The notes below the pieces were generated by a model. The model ran no database searches and was not told where the DNA came from. It saw nothing but the letters and a program-made list of their open reading frames with translations. Made by a program: the position numbers and the translations under genes. From Alphaproteobacteria bacterium (GTDB lineage Bacteria; Pseudomonadota; Alphaproteobacteria; Bin95): 64,000 bases of DNA. Positions 62,768-64,000 of the stretch are shown piece after piece. Every line of letters begins with the position of its first letter. Within the stretch, counting starts at the first letter, position 1. The stretch is taken from the NCBI GenBank assembly GCA_965205265.1, contig CBDBGH010000003.1, positions 2,368,001 through 2,432,000 on the forward strand. The letters are read 5' to 3'.

Positions 62768-64000
62768 CCGACTCGCTGTTTCAGGCCGCAGGGCTCGCGG
62801 ACGAAGCGCCGCGCCCGCTCGCCGACCGGCTGCGTCCGGCGTCGCTGGACGAGGTCGTCGGGCAGGACCATGTGCTCGGGCCGGACGGGCCGGTGGGGCG
62901 GATGCTGGCGGCCGGGCGGCTCGCCTCCATCGTCTTCTGGGGGCCGCCCGGCTGCGGCAAGACCACCATTGCGCGCCTGCTGGCGGGCGCGGCCAACCTG
63001 CATTTCACGGCGCTCTCGGCCGTCTTCTCGGGCGTGGCCGACCTGCGCAAGGTCTTCGCCGAGGCCGAAAGCCGGCGCGAGGCCGGCCGCGGCACCATGC
63101 TGTTCGTGGACGAGATCCACCGCTTCAACCGCGCCCAGCAGGACGGGTTCCTGCCCTGGGTCGAGAACGGCACGGTGGTGCTGGTCGGCGCGACGACGGA
63201 GAACCCCTCCTTCGAGCTGAACGCCGCCCTGCTCTCCCGCGCCCAGGTGCTGGTGCTGCGCAGGCTCGACGAGGACGGTCTGGAAACGCTGCTCAAGCGC
63301 GCCGAGGCGAGCCTGGGCGCGCCGCTGCCGCTCGACGAAGGCGCGCGCACGGCGCTCAAGGCGCTGGCGGACGGCGACGGGCGCTACCTGCTCAATCTCG
63401 CCGAGGAGATAACGGGCGGGCCGGTGCTCGACGCGGCCGGGCTCGCGCGCGTCGCGCAGCGCCGGGCACCGGTTTACGACAAGGACCGGGAGGGCCATTA
63501 CAACCTCATCAGCGCACTGCACAAGTCGCTGCGCGGCTCGGACCCGGACGCCGCGCTCTACTGGCTCGCGCGGATGCTCGACGGCGGCGAGGACCCGCGC
63601 TACATCGCCCGCCGCCTGGTCCGTTTCGCTTCGGAGGATGTCGGGCTGGCGGACCCGGCGGCCCTGCCCGCCGCGCTCGCCGGCTGGGAGGCCTATGAGC
63701 GGCTCGGCAGCCCCGAGGGCGAACTCGCGCTTGCCCAGACCGTGCTGTATCTTGCCACCGCGCCCAAGTCCAACGCCGCCTATGCCGCCTTCGAAGAGGC
63801 CATACGCTCGGCGCGCGAGACCGGCTCGCTCATGCCCCCGATGCACAGCCTGAACGCGCCCACCCGGCTGATGAAGGACCTCGGCTACGGCGAGGGCTAC
63901 GCCTATGACCACAACGCCCCCGACGCCTTCGCCGGCGTCAGCTACTTCCCGGACGGCATGGCGCGGCAGCAATTCTACCGGCCCGACGGGCGCGGCGCCG
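62764..64000 (+). CDS. rarA: Replication-associated recombination protein A (RarA/MgsA), 3'-truncated by window edge
   Basis: ATGA overlap at 62764; PLADRLRP, WGPPGCGKTT, VDEIHRFN, GATTENPSF, SALHKSLRGSD. Confidence 0.92.
   Translation, partial: MTDSLFQAAGLADEAPRPLADRLRPASLDEVVGQDHVLGPDGPVGRMLAAGRLASIVFWGPPGCGKTTIARLLAGAANLHFTALSAVFSGVADLRKVFAEAESRREAGRGTMLFVDEIHRFNRAQQDGFLPWVENGTVVLVGATTENPSFELNAALLSRAQVLVLRRLDEDGLETLLKRAEASLGAPLPLDEGARTALKALADGDGRYLLNLAEEITGGPVLDAAGLARVAQRRAPVYDKDREGHYNLISALHKSLRGSDPDAALYWLARMLDGGEDPRYIARRLVRFASEDVGLADPAALPAALAGWEAYERLGSPEGELALAQTVLYLATAPKSNAAYAAFEEAIRSARETGSLMPPMHSLNAPTRLMKDLGYGEGYAYDHNAPDAFAGVSYFPDGMARQQFYRPDGRGA

Noticed and set aside
1-64000. tRNA or rRNA genes
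   Set aside because: No full cloverleaf or rRNA signature was recognised by eye; only a tRNA-3'-like 17-mer near 61072-61088

Overview
GC-rich bacterial chromosomal window, probably alphaproteobacterial (inferred from the purM/purN-DUF2066-AI-2E-hda layout, soxBDAG and an aa3 COX IV-like gene). It has four parts. (1) 1-5.8 kb: catabolic genes. (2) ~6-32.7 kb: a mosaic mobile region with three coupled RHH-like genes, a giant MOB_F relaxase-helicase, two inverted tandem pairs of tyrosine recombinases, an IS66 interrupted by an IS1634-family element, a truncated type I secretion module and several IS relics. (3) 32.7-49 kb: housekeeping and metabolic genes. (4) 49.2-60.5 kb: a compact bacterial sterol-biosynthesis cluster (SdmB-like reductase, SdmA-like Rieske oxygenase, ERG4/ERG24-type reductase, CYP51, a squalene epoxidase-oxidosqualene cyclase fusion, and a convergent C-24 sterol methyltransferase). 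A second copy of the IS1634-like element splits the fusion gene. The two IS copies are flanked by very long target duplications (~200 and ~118 bp). The window ends with a CxxU selenoprotein gene missed by the ORF track, a degP/degQ-like gene and rarA. All assignments rest on motif recognition by eye; no database searches were run.
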